DNA from: Spirochaetota bacterium
GTDB taxonomy: Bacteria; Spirochaetota; UBA4802; JAKQUI01
Length of the DNA stretch: 64,000 nt
Assembly (NCBI GenBank): GCA_029562645.1
Contig: JAKQUI010000005.1
Location: forward strand, 327,961-391,960
Direction of reading: 5' to 3'
Notes under the pieces: generated by a model
Seen by the model: the letters and a program-made list of their open reading frames with translations, nothing else
Told to the model about the DNA's origin: nothing
Databases searched by the model: none
In this document: positions 48,661 through 58,243 of the stretch, piece after piece
Position numbering within the stretch: position 1 is the first letter of the stretch
Layout of the letters: the number at the start of each line of letters is the position of its first letter
Made by a program: the position numbers and the translations under genes

Positions 48661-50985
48661 TCAGTCCTCCTCCCGCGTGCGCTCCTTGCCCTGGATGTAG
48701 CCCCAATCCTTGAGTATCACATTGATGTCCGCCGAGAGGTACTTCTCCCGCTTCACCTCGCGGACGCTGCTCTTTGCGCCCTCGTGCCAGAAGAGCAGGG
48801 CGCGTCCGGCGAGCGCCAGCATGGCGGGCTCCGGGCGGCCGTGCAGCGCGCGGTCCTCGCCGTTGATCGCGAGCGTCCCGCCGAGCGAGCGCGCCGCAAG
48901 CGGCAGGAGGTTCCGTCCGCAGAGGAGCGGCGTCGCCGGTGCAGCGGTGATCGCGACGCGCGCCGCTCCGGGAATGGTCTGGAAAACCAGCGAGCCGCCG
49001 GCCGGCAGCGAGAACTCGCATTCCCGCCGGGAAAGCGCCCGCGAAGAGGAACCCGCGCCCGTGGTCGCGATTGAATAGAAAAACCCGTTTTCGATGCGGA
49101 CCCGTCCGCGCGCGGGGGCGCCGTTGGAGAAGAGCACATTGTCCGGCTGCTTGAAGCGCGCATGGCGCAGGAGCGCGCGCATCCGGCCCGCCGTCTCGGG
49201 CAGGTCGGCGGCCAGATTGCGCGTCTCGCGGGGGTCGGCGGAGAGGTCGTAGAGCTCGGCGTATTCCCCGGCGTACTCCCCGCCCCAGTGCTCGGGCTTG
49301 AGGCCGAAGCCCGTGAAGCGCTCGGCGTATTTATAGCCGCCGTACCGGACCGAGTACATCCGTCGCCCCTCAGAGTATGCGATGCGCTCCTGTCGCTCCT
49401 CGCCGCGGACCAGGGGAAAAAGCGAGCGGCCCTGGAAGGAGTCCGGCGGGGAGAGGCCCAGCGCCTCGAGCACGGTGGGGGCGATGTCGATGCTGCGCAC
49501 CTGCGCGGCGACGCGCTTCCCGGCATAGCCGTACGCGGCCGGGAACTTTACGATGAGCGGCGTGTGGAGCTCCTCGTCGAACTGCGTCTGCCCGTGCGTG
49601 TAGATCGTGTCGGCGCCGGTGAAGGGGCTCGACCCCCGGTCGTGCGAAAAGATCTCGCCGTGGTCCGAGGTGACGATGATGAGCGTGTTTTCGTAGAGCC
49701 CCAGGCGCTTGAGCGCGGCGATCACGCGCCCCAGGCCCTCGTCGGTGTAGGCGATCTCCCCGAGATAGGCGTTGAACATGGGGTCGGCGCCGGGGAAGCG
49801 GCGGGCCGCCTCGCGATAAAAGCGCGCGGGGGGGCTGTAGGGATTGTGCGGGGCGTTGTAGTTCATAAACAGAAAGAACGGCCGCCGCGCGTTCTCGCCG
49901 AGCCAGGCGACGGTCTCCTCGGTGATGTCGGTCGTGTCGGCCACCGAGGTGCTGTATTCGGAGAGGTCCGCCAGGTCGCAATCCACGCCGATGCCGCTGT
50001 AGTCGATGATGAAGGGATTGTTCCCGATCGCGCGGGTGAGATGCCCGGCGCGCTTCAGGAGCGTGGGCAGCAGCGTCACGCCGCTCTCGCGGTAGAAGAA
50101 AGCGCGCTCCTCGTCGTGCACGGCCGGGTAGAACAGGTTTACGCCGGCTGCGGAGGCGCTGCACGAGCCCAGCATGGCGATGGTGGAGGGGCGCGTCCAG
50201 TTGGCGGCGACGATGTGCCGCTCGAAGAGCACGCCGTCGCGCGCGAGGACGTCCATGACGGGCGTGACGGCGTAGCGGTCCGCGAGCGCATTGAGGCAAT
50301 CGGCGCGCATCGCGTCCACGATCACGAACACCACGTTGGTCGGCGCCTCGCGCGTCGGCGTAACGATGCGGGGCCCGCCCACGAAGAGGTGCTCCGGCCG
50401 ATCTGCGTCGCTCTCGAAGCGCAGCGCCAGTGTCGCGTGCGCGCCGGCGCCGCGGGGAAGCGCGATCGCGTGCCCGCGCCAGCGGGAGTCGGGAATTCCA
50501 TGTTCGTCCCGCGCCGAATCGTACAGGGGGATGGAGGCGCCGCCGTGGGAAAATGTGATGATGAGCCGCCGCGCGGCGCGCGGCGACGCGCGCCGGATCG
50601 ACGCCAGCGAAAATTCCAGCGTGCCGTCGCGGACGGGCCCGTCACCCAGCCCGATGCGCATCTCGACGGGCGCGCCGCGGTGCGCCGAGAGCCATATCGA
50701 CTGGCGGATGCGCTGGTGCTTCTTCGCGCGGTCCATGACGAAACCCGCGGTGACGAGATACGGCGAGTCGGGGCCCCAGGGCGTGGTCGAGAGATTGTCG
50801 AAGCGCTCCCGGTCGCGCCGCTTGACGGCGGCGTCCGCGTCCTCGATGCGGGCGTCGGCCATGCGGGCGCAGAGATCGACGGCGATGCGCTCACGGACGT
50901 CGGAGGATGAATGCGCGCCGGAGCAGGCGATCATCATCACGATGGGGGCCGTCTGGAGGATGTGCGCGAGCGTGCGTGTGGTCAT
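48661..50985 (-). CDS. Alkaline-phosphatase-superfamily (sulfatase-like) hydrolase, large lipoprotein
   Basis: NVVFVIVDAMRAD, NYNAPHNPYSPP and LIIVTSDHGE blocks. Likely lipoprotein signal MTTRTLAHILQTAPIVMMIACSG. The upstream part of ORF 48661-51354 is spurious. Confidence 0.65.
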   Translation of the reverse strand: MTTRTLAHILQTAPIVMMIACSGAHSSSDVRERIAVDLCARMADARIEDADAAVKRRDRERFDNLSTTPWGPDSPYLVTAGFVMDRAKKHQRIRQSIWLSAHRGAPVEMRIGLGDGPVRDGTLEFSLASIRRASPRAARRLIITFSHGGASIPLYDSARDEHGIPDSRWRGHAIALPRGAGAHATLALRFESDADRPEHLFVGGPRIVTPTREAPTNVVFVIVDAMRADCLNALADRYAVTPVMDVLARDGVLFERHIVAANWTRPSTIAMLGSCSASAAGVNLFYPAVHDEERAFFYRESGVTLLPTLLKRAGHLTRAIGNNPFIIDYSGIGVDCDLADLSEYSTSVADTTDITEETVAWLGENARRPFFLFMNYNAPHNPYSPPARFYREAARRFPGADPMFNAYLGEIAYTDEGLGRVIAALKRLGLYENTLIIVTSDHGEIFSHDRGSSPFTGADTIYTHGQTQFDEELHTPLIVKFPAAYGYAGKRVAAQVRSIDIAPTVLEALGLSPPDSFQGRSLFPLVRGEERQERIAYSEGRRMYSVRYGGYKYAERFTGFGLKPEHWGGEYAGEYAELYDLSADPRETRNLAADLPETAGRMRALLRHARFKQPDNVLFSNGAPARGRVRIENGFFYSIATTGAGSSSRALSRRECEFSLPAGGSLVFQTIPGAARVAITAAPATPLLCGRNLLPLAARSLGGTLAINGEDRALHGRPEPAMLALAGRALLFWHEGAKSSVREVKREKYLSADINVILKDWGYIQGKERTREED

Positions 50986-51172
50986 GGGCGCGTCCGGTAC
51001 CGTTGGGACCATTCGTGGGGGGCGTCGATAAATGGCAAATACAATATGCCGACGGCCGGTGTGTCGCCCACACGGGGCCGAAAAAGAATATTGACACGGA
51101 TGCGGACACGCGGGTACGATCGTGCTGGGCCGTACAGGAATGCGCGGCCGACGACCGGTGCGGAGGATTGCG

Positions 51173-51817
51173 ATGAAACGGACATGTACCTGGCTGATGG
51201 CGCTGGCCGCGGCGACGGCGATCGGGTGCTCCACCATAGACGTTGCGGTGTTCCCCACCGCGGAGTTCCGGCAGCAGGTGAAGAAGATCGCGGTGATGCC
51301 CTTCAATTTCAAGGGACAGGACATCGGGCAGGATTTCGCCGGAGCGATCCGCACCTATCTCATGCAGGAGGCGCCGGGGCGCTTTATCATCGTCGAGCGC
51401 GAGGAGTTCGACCGCATCGTGGACGAGCAGAAGATGGGCGCCACGGGGCTGTTCGACGAGGGGCAGGCCGCCAAGCTCGGCAAGATGATCGGCGCGGACA
51501 TCATGATCGTGGGGCGCGGGGACGTGCTCGAGCTCACCGGCCCGGGCACCTATCCGGGCAAGCACATTCACACCTGCGAGATCAAGGTGGTGAGCGTGGA
51601 AAAGGGATCGCTCCTGGTGTCCCTTATCAAGACGCCGGGGATCGCATGGGATATGGGGTACCGGGCCAAGTGGTGTTTCTCGCCCTTCGGCGCGGGCATC
51701 TGGAAGGATGCAGATCTCGTCGCCCAGAGCTCGATGTACTCGAACCTGGCGCGGCAGTGCGTCAAGCGCATCCTCGGCGCGATCGAGCGCGTCGAGAAAC
51801 GGCCGCTGGGATACTGA
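51173..51817 (+). CDS. Lipoprotein, CsgG/LpoB-like fold
   Basis: Lipobox AIGCS. IIVEREEFDRIVDEQKMGATGLFDEGQAAKLGKMIGADIMIVG pattern. Confidence 0.55.
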   Translation: MKRTCTWLMALAAATAIGCSTIDVAVFPTAEFRQQVKKIAVMPFNFKGQDIGQDFAGAIRTYLMQEAPGRFIIVEREEFDRIVDEQKMGATGLFDEGQAAKLGKMIGADIMIVGRGDVLELTGPGTYPGKHIHTCEIKVVSVEKGSLLVSLIKTPGIAWDMGYRAKWCFSPFGAGIWKDADLVAQSSMYSNLARQCVKRILGAIERVEKRPLGY

Positions 51818-51902
51818 CGGGCGTGCGCATGTCGCGTATCATGAATGGCGTTCGCCTCAGTACGGTGCAGCCGACCCGACGCACGGAACGCGCCGCGTGA
51901 TC

Positions 51903-52688
51903 ATGGGTACGATCCGGACAGCAGTCGCGCGTATCGCCGCCGCGTTGGTCGTCGCCGCTGTCGCCATCACCCCCTGCGCCGCGATCGAGTTCGATGAGCT
52001 CGACAAGCCCCCGGAGGGGGCCCACAAGGGGCAGATGTTTCTCGGGGTCGTCATCTCGGTGGGCGCGCCGTCGGGCGAGCTCGTGGACGCGGAAACGGCC
52101 TTCGTGGACGGGTCCACCTATACCTTCGAAAACGAGGTGACCAAGCAGCTCAAGGTGTCGCACCTCTTCTTCGGCGTGGGGGCATCGTTCGAATACATGC
52201 CCATCGACCACGTGGGCGCCAAGACGCGCGCGATGCAAACCATCGTGGTGCAGCGCACGGAGTTCGGGACCGACTACGAGAACTGGCGGGAGAACCTTTA
52301 CACCTGCGGTGCGATCTACGCGGGGCCGGCCTTTCATCTCACCACGCGGCGGAGCTGGGACGTGACGCTCGCGGCGCTGGCGGGCTATGGGTGGGGCGAG
52401 TACGCGGCGACCCCCGTGGCCAAGAAGCTCATCGAGAACTATACGGGGGAAAATAAAAAAACCGCCTCGAGCTTCACCTATCTGGTGGAGCTCGCCTTCT
52501 GCGCCTACTTCAGCGGCGGGCTGTACTTCTCGATCGGCGGCGAGTTCATATCGTACGCCGTGGACTTCGGCAAGCCCTTCGAGCTGGTCAATCCCCAGAC
52601 GCAAAAGAAATACTATGAAGGGAAAAGCGCCGGCGCGATCACCTCGGTCAACTGCGTCCTCTCGATCGGGTACGCCTTCTCGAATTGA
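51903..52688 (+). CDS. Putative outer-membrane beta-barrel protein
   Basis: Signal peptide MGTIRTAVARIAAALVVAAVAITPCAA. Alternating amphipathic strands with C-terminal ...SIGYAFSN. Confidence 0.5.
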   Translation: MGTIRTAVARIAAALVVAAVAITPCAAIEFDELDKPPEGAHKGQMFLGVVISVGAPSGELVDAETAFVDGSTYTFENEVTKQLKVSHLFFGVGASFEYMPIDHVGAKTRAMQTIVVQRTEFGTDYENWRENLYTCGAIYAGPAFHLTTRRSWDVTLAALAGYGWGEYAATPVAKKLIENYTGENKKTASSFTYLVELAFCAYFSGGLYFSIGGEFISYAVDFGKPFELVNPQTQKKYYEGKSAGAITSVNCVLSIGYAFSN

Positions 52689-52796
52689 TCGCTCCGGTTG
52701 CAGGCCGGCGCAATCAGACAGGCATGTCGTTGGATAGGTGAGTAAAAGCGGCTGTCCCCATCTTCACGGAGCGCTCCTTCCTCGTTTGCGTTACTT

Positions 52797-54656
52797 CTAC
52801 AGGATCTCGCAGCCGATGACAACCGAATCGTCCTCGGCCGGCGCGGCGCCGCGAAACGACGCAATCGCCTTCTCGACGCGGTCGAGTGCGTCTGAAAGCT
52901 CCAGGTGGGCGAATTCGTCAATTAAGGACAGCAGCCGCACGTACCCGAAGAGCTCGCCATCGGCAGTTCGGGTTTCGACGATCCCGTCGGTATAGAAAAA
53001 CACCCGGTCTCCAGTGCCCAATTCCAAGCGCATGTCGCAGAACGTTGCATGTGCAAAATGACCAATCACGGGCCCGTGGCAGACCAGGAATTCCGCCGGC
53101 CTTCCGCTGCGTTGAAGCACCGGTTCCGGATGCCCTCCCTTGGAAAAGGCCAGCGATACCGGGCCCTGTCCCGTCCAGGAAAAAAACGCATAGGCCGCGG
53201 TAAGATAATGTCCGGGCATGGCTCCGAGGAGATTCAGATTGAGCGTCCCGATGAAGCCCGCGGGATCGCGGTGGCTGGTGCGGAAAATCCGTTCCGACTC
53301 GGATTTCAGCAGGGCAAGGAACAGCGCGGCCGATACGCCGTGCCCCGAAACATCGCCAATGAGCAGGCCCAGCCCCTCGCTTGTCGCAGCGAAGGAGAAA
53401 TAATCGCCCCCCACCGCGTCCATGCTGTTCGAGCGGAAATCCGTGCGGACCCGTTCCGTTATCGGCGCCGATTGCGGCAGGAGGGCCCGCTGGATGCGCT
53501 GGGCGTGCAGGAGCTGTTCCTCGATTTGTTCATTGCGCGCGCTGAGCACCTCCCTGCTCTGTCGAAGCTCCGCTGCGGTCGCTATGCCCTGTTCAATCTC
53601 CCTGCGGAGGAGTATCTTTTCCGTCAGGTCGTGGGCGATGATCAGCACCGCGATGATGTCTCCCTCCCGGTCGTGCATGGCGCTGCCGCTGATGCGATGG
53701 GGGACCTCCCCGCCGCTGCGGGTGATCAGCGCGTCCTCGAGGGAAAATTCCTCACGATCCCCGGCGCGTACTGCGTCGAACAGAGTGCGAAATGCATCGC
53801 GATTCCGCAGGAATTCCGTAAAGGGCCGCCCGGCGAGCTCGGTCTCGCTCGATCCCAGCAGGGTCCCCGCCCAGGCGTTTACCTTCAACACCGTTCCGCC
53901 GGGATCGAGAAGGACAACAACGTCCCTGATGCGCTTGAGGATTTCACCTGAGGCGAAGGCCAGGGAAAGCGACAGCAGCTGGTAACGCACGATGGTGAAG
54001 AGCGTGCCCGCGGCGAGGAGAACGATGATCAGCGGCGAGAGTGATGGCATGGCGTACACGCCGATAAGCGGAAGCAGGATGTCGGATATAAAACAAAGTA
54101 AAAAGGTGAAGGATATGCAGATCGTGAGAATGGCCGACTGCTTTCGTTCGCGCCGCAACGGGCTTCGCAATCCCCAGCAGACAAGGATGATGAGGGCCAC
54201 GGAAATGCAGAGCACCTGATAGAGGATGAAGAACCAGTACCACGGTGAATCCGTGAGCGGAATCTCGATCCAGCCCAGCGGATGGCGATATAGCGCAAAG
54301 CCCTGAAAATGTCCCGTCCATTGCATGGCTAAAAGCAGAATCCCGGGCGCGTACAGCGCCGTTACGAACCAGGGATTTCTCGTTAAACCGGATCCGGCAA
54401 TGTATAATAACACATGGGCGGCCATGCCGCTGTAGAGACACCATGCGAGTGCGCTAATAGTGTACGCGGCGTATGCCATTTCGGGCGCATGGAACGCGTG
54501 CATCACCGCAAACGACGCGGCCCAAAGGCCGAAGAGGGCGCACAGGAGCGAGAAGACCCGATTAAGGCCGTCCCGAAGCCCCCTGCTGAGGATGAACCCG
54601 GCAAGGTAGAGATAAAAGAGCGATGCGGTCACATGAAGAAGGATGAAAACATTCAT
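52797..54656 (-). CDS. Polytopic membrane sensor with PAS domain and PP2C (SpoIIE-type) phosphatase
   Basis: About 7 N-terminal TM helices, a PAS region, and a C-terminal PP2C (GDYFSFAATSEGLGLLIGDVSGHGVSAALF). Confidence 0.75.
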   Translation of the reverse strand: MNVFILLHVTASLFYLYLAGFILSRGLRDGLNRVFSLLCALFGLWAASFAVMHAFHAPEMAYAAYTISALAWCLYSGMAAHVLLYIAGSGLTRNPWFVTALYAPGILLLAMQWTGHFQGFALYRHPLGWIEIPLTDSPWYWFFILYQVLCISVALIILVCWGLRSPLRRERKQSAILTICISFTFLLCFISDILLPLIGVYAMPSLSPLIIVLLAAGTLFTIVRYQLLSLSLAFASGEILKRIRDVVVLLDPGGTVLKVNAWAGTLLGSSETELAGRPFTEFLRNRDAFRTLFDAVRAGDREEFSLEDALITRSGGEVPHRISGSAMHDREGDIIAVLIIAHDLTEKILLRREIEQGIATAAELRQSREVLSARNEQIEEQLLHAQRIQRALLPQSAPITERVRTDFRSNSMDAVGGDYFSFAATSEGLGLLIGDVSGHGVSAALFLALLKSESERIFRTSHRDPAGFIGTLNLNLLGAMPGHYLTAAYAFFSWTGQGPVSLAFSKGGHPEPVLQRSGRPAEFLVCHGPVIGHFAHATFCDMRLELGTGDRVFFYTDGIVETRTADGELFGYVRLLSLIDEFAHLELSDALDRVEKAIASFRGAAPAEDDSVVIGCEIL

Positions 54657-55699
54657 GTCGCAAGACCCGCGTCGTTAAAAAATTGCAGGACGCGCAGCGT
54701 CGTCCACTTTCGCGCCTCTTCGTCGTCGATCGTTCGCCGGCTCCCGAACAACATCCCGCTGGAGAAGCGCTCCATGGCCCAGGTGCCGTCGGCGTTTTGC
54801 TTCTCGATGAGCGTATTGAACGCCTCGCCGCTGCGGCTGTCGTCGATGCGTCCGGTGCCCGCGACGACCGAAAGCCCCGCCAGGATGTCGTAGTGCGTCA
54901 TGAGCGGATAGCCCAACGACGACCATTCGTGCAGCCCGCCGCGCTCGCACCGCGACGGAATATCGGAGCGGTTCGGCCGGACGAAGCAGCGATGCGCGAG
55001 AAAAAATTCTGCGGCGCCGTCAAGGGCGCCCTCGGGGGCGCGCCCGGTCGTCCGGGCATGGCGCAGCAATGCGTCGGTGCAGGCATGGGTCGCGATGGGG
55101 CAGCTCGGCACGGCCGTACGCCCCTCGCGGCGCAGGCCTCCACCCGAGCGTCCCAGAAGGACCAGTCCCAGCGCGTCGCGCCATCCCTCCTGCGGGCAGT
55201 GCAGCCAGCCGCCGTCACTGCGCTGGCGCTCCCGGATCCACGAAAGTCCACGGAGCACGCGCGCGTCATCGGCATAGCCGGCTTCGATGAGCGCGCGCAG
55301 CATGTCGCCGGTCCGGCAGGCGAGGGCGATCGCGGGGCGCCAGGCGAGCGTGAATCCTCCGTCCGGTAGCTGGCATCGGGCCAGAATGCGCTCGGCGGTG
55401 TCGCGGACGAAATCGTCGCGCCGATCGAAACCCAGCGCGACCGCCTCGATGAAGCGCCACATCATCCCGCTGCCGTAGAGGTCGAAGCGCCGCGCATCGC
55501 CCACGACCCCGCCGTGTATCGCGCGCCTCAGTCGCGCCGCATGCGCCGTGCCAGACAGGCGTTCGCGCGCCTCGCGCAGTTCGGCGTCATCGTCGGTGAG
55601 CCCCACGAGGTCGCGGAGCGTGCGATAGCGGAGATGCGGATGGCGCGCCTCGAGCAGGAGCGGAATCGGATCGGCGGCGAGGTAGCGCGAGGCCGTCAT
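54653..55699 (-). CDS. Prenyltransferase/squalene-cyclase-repeat (alpha-alpha toroid) protein
   Basis: QW-like repeats (RERQRSDGGW, IEKQNADGTW, CQLPDGGF). The start MTASRYLAAD overlaps the M23 gene stop by 4 nt. Confidence 0.5.
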   Translation of the reverse strand: MTASRYLAADPIPLLLEARHPHLRYRTLRDLVGLTDDDAELREARERLSGTAHAARLRRAIHGGVVGDARRFDLYGSGMMWRFIEAVALGFDRRDDFVRDTAERILARCQLPDGGFTLAWRPAIALACRTGDMLRALIEAGYADDARVLRGLSWIRERQRSDGGWLHCPQEGWRDALGLVLLGRSGGGLRREGRTAVPSCPIATHACTDALLRHARTTGRAPEGALDGAAEFFLAHRCFVRPNRSDIPSRCERGGLHEWSSLGYPLMTHYDILAGLSVVAGTGRIDDSRSGEAFNTLIEKQNADGTWAMERFSSGMLFGSRRTIDDEEARKWTTLRVLQFFNDAGLAT

Positions 55700-57438
55700 T
55701 GCTCGTACTCGTAGGTCAAGGGGGCCGATCGGTTTCCGGCGCGATCGACGATGGTCATCGTGACCGTATGCGCGCCCTTGGCCCAGATGGGATTGTGCGG
55801 CAGGATCACCACGGCCCGGTAATCGACGTCGAAATACCAGAAGACGCTCTTCCCGTCCACCGCGAGGGAAATCTTCGACAGGTCCACGCCGCTTCCCCGG
55901 TCGGATACGGTGAAGCGAAGCTGCGTGTTCGGCCGCGGCCGTTTCGGGTTGCGGTGGCGGATGACCGGCGGGATCTCGTCCCGCGCCAGCACATAGCGGC
56001 CCATGCGCCTCACGGTGGCGTAAAAGGCGCGCTCCTTTGGATGGTAGCTGTTCGACACGAAGCCGATCCCGGTCCCCGCCGCGTTCACGGAATAGATCCC
56101 CACCGTGCGATGATCGGCGCCGTCGTAGGCGATGCGTATGCGCGCCGTCGAATCGATGCACAGGTGCGTGGGCGTTACGGCGTAGCGCGCGCTCAAAACG
56201 GGAAGGCCCGAGAGAACGTTTTGGGGAAGGGGCGATTGTTCCATGGCCACCATTTCCGGGTAGAGCGCCGCTGTATCCGGGAAGGAGAGCGTACAGCGCC
56301 CGTCGGCGCTCGTAAGGACAAGGGCCGATCCCGGGACGAGGTTGTGGTCGAACCCCGGCGCGGGTTCCGGTGCCGGCGGCTCCGCACGGCAGGAGAACTC
56401 GATGATCGAGCGGTTCAGGCGGGCGTCAAAGAACTCGGCGCGGGCCCGGCGCGTCCCCCCCGGCGCACCGGCGTTTATCACGCCGTCCCCGCTGGTGCGC
56501 GCATAGAGGTAAAAGGTGAAATGCCGCGAGTTCGAGGTGTCGTAATCGTAGATGAGTCCCATGCGGTGGGTGTAGGCGCGGACGATCTTGTCGAAGAAAA
56601 GCCGGTGCCGCTTGACGCCGTCGACGTACCAGTTGAACCCGTAGGCGGTGACCTTGTTCCGCCAGCCCACGGTGTCGTGGACGCGCGCCTTCACGCCCAC
56701 GCGCCCCGCGATGCGGGGAACGACGTTCCCCGCCAGGACATAACGGCCCTCTTTCCGGTTGACGAGCGTGGCGCGATAGGCCTTTTCGCCGGGCGTGCCG
56801 TCCACACGGGAAAAGCGGTCGAGCGGCGTGAGGTAGACCGTTTCGATGACCGGCGCGGTGGCGTCCGGGACCCACAGCGCATAGCGAAGCGGGTTGAGGT
56901 GGACATTGTTCTTGTCGCGCACCTCGAAGTGGAAATGCTCGAGCCCCGCGCCGCTGTCGCCCGAGTAGCCGATCGGGGTTCCCCGGCGCAGCGGAATCTC
57001 GGGCTTCGAGAAATCGACGCGAAAATCGCGGTGATTGCGGATGTGCTCGATGTGCCGCCGGACCCGCGCATTGGCGAGGATGCCGTCGGCGAAGCGGTCC
57101 ATGTGGCCGTAGAAGGTCGTGCGGCCGTCGGGATGGCGGACGAATACCGCGTACCCGATCCCGTAATTCTCGTACATGACGGCGCTTACGTAGCCGCGCT
57201 CGGCCGCCACGACGCGGAACCCGCGTTTGCCGCCGGTGCTCACGTCAAGCCCGTGATGAAACCGCGTGGAGCGGAACTCGCCGAAGGTGCTGGTGACCCG
57301 CTTGGGAACATCGATGGGCCAGCGGTAGGATTGCGCGCCGGCCTCCGGCGCGCTCGAGACGGCCAGCAGCGCCGCGGAACACACAATCGCAACCCTGCGA
57401 GCGATCATGCCGGGCGGCTGCGATCGGATGCGGAGCAT
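55696..57438 (-). CDS. M23-family metalloendopeptidase (LytM-like) with long C-terminal extension
   Basis: Signal peptide. HHGLDVSTGGK...YGHMDRF matches the M23 HxxxD / HxH zinc ligands. 580 aa. Confidence 0.8.
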   Translation of the reverse strand: MLRIRSQPPGMIARRVAIVCSAALLAVSSAPEAGAQSYRWPIDVPKRVTSTFGEFRSTRFHHGLDVSTGGKRGFRVVAAERGYVSAVMYENYGIGYAVFVRHPDGRTTFYGHMDRFADGILANARVRRHIEHIRNHRDFRVDFSKPEIPLRRGTPIGYSGDSGAGLEHFHFEVRDKNNVHLNPLRYALWVPDATAPVIETVYLTPLDRFSRVDGTPGEKAYRATLVNRKEGRYVLAGNVVPRIAGRVGVKARVHDTVGWRNKVTAYGFNWYVDGVKRHRLFFDKIVRAYTHRMGLIYDYDTSNSRHFTFYLYARTSGDGVINAGAPGGTRRARAEFFDARLNRSIIEFSCRAEPPAPEPAPGFDHNLVPGSALVLTSADGRCTLSFPDTAALYPEMVAMEQSPLPQNVLSGLPVLSARYAVTPTHLCIDSTARIRIAYDGADHRTVGIYSVNAAGTGIGFVSNSYHPKERAFYATVRRMGRYVLARDEIPPVIRHRNPKRPRPNTQLRFTVSDRGSGVDLSKISLAVDGKSVFWYFDVDYRAVVILPHNPIWAKGAHTVTMTIVDRAGNRSAPLTYEYEQ

Positions 57439-57451
57439 GCGCGGCTGTCGG

Positions 57452-58225
57452 CTACTTCTTGGTCAGCTTTTCGGCCCGGCTCAGGTTGTCGAAGATGGCC
57501 GTGTTTTCGGGGGCCAGCTTCTGCGCCTTCCGGTAGGCCTCGACGGCCTCGGCGTTCTTGCCCAGCAGCTCGTAGCTGAGCGCGAGGTTGTTGAGGATGA
57601 TGCCGGAGGACGGCATGAGCTCGTGCGCCGTCGCGAACGCGGTGTTCGCCTCCGAGTACCGCTTGAGGCGCATCAGGGCCATCCCCAGGGCGTGGTACGA
57701 TGCGTACAGGGCCGGGTCCATCGAGATGGATTTTTCGAGCAGCTCCTTGGCGCGCCAGGCGTTGCGGTTCGCCAGCGCCATGCGGCCCCAGATGTAGTAA
57801 AACATCGGATCGTCCTTGATCTTCCGGCCCTTCCGGAGGAAGGAATCGGCCTCTTTCAGTTTCCGGTGCTCGACGAGCATGAGCGCCGCGTCGATGTACG
57901 GGTCCGGGGTGGCGCGGTCGATCTCGGCGCATTTCCTGAAGTGCGAGAGCGCGCCCTTGAGGTTCCCCTTCTTCCAGTGGGCATGGGCCGCGAGAAAGCG
58001 CAGGCGATAGTTGGGTGAGCCGGGCTCGCGGTCGCGCTTCGCGTCCAAGGTGTCGGTGATGGTTTTGAGCGCGTCATCGTACTTGTTCTGTTGGAACAGT
58101 TTTAACGCATCGTCGTAGCTGTCGGCGCTCGCCGGCAGGGCCACGCACAATATCGCACATAGGAGCAGGATCGTTTTCATCTCGGTTTTCCTGGGGGAAT
58201 GATGGTCCGGCGCCGATGCGTACAT
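57452..58225 (-). CDS. Tetratricopeptide-repeat protein, exported
   Basis: Signal peptide. Repeated A/Y/L 34-aa TPR units. Confidence 0.7.
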   Translation of the reverse strand: MYASAPDHHSPRKTEMKTILLLCAILCVALPASADSYDDALKLFQQNKYDDALKTITDTLDAKRDREPGSPNYRLRFLAAHAHWKKGNLKGALSHFRKCAEIDRATPDPYIDAALMLVEHRKLKEADSFLRKGRKIKDDPMFYYIWGRMALANRNAWRAKELLEKSISMDPALYASYHALGMALMRLKRYSEANTAFATAHELMPSSGIILNNLALSYELLGKNAEAVEAYRKAQKLAPENTAIFDNLSRAEKLTKK

Positions 58226-58243
58226 CGGCGCCGGACTCCTCCG

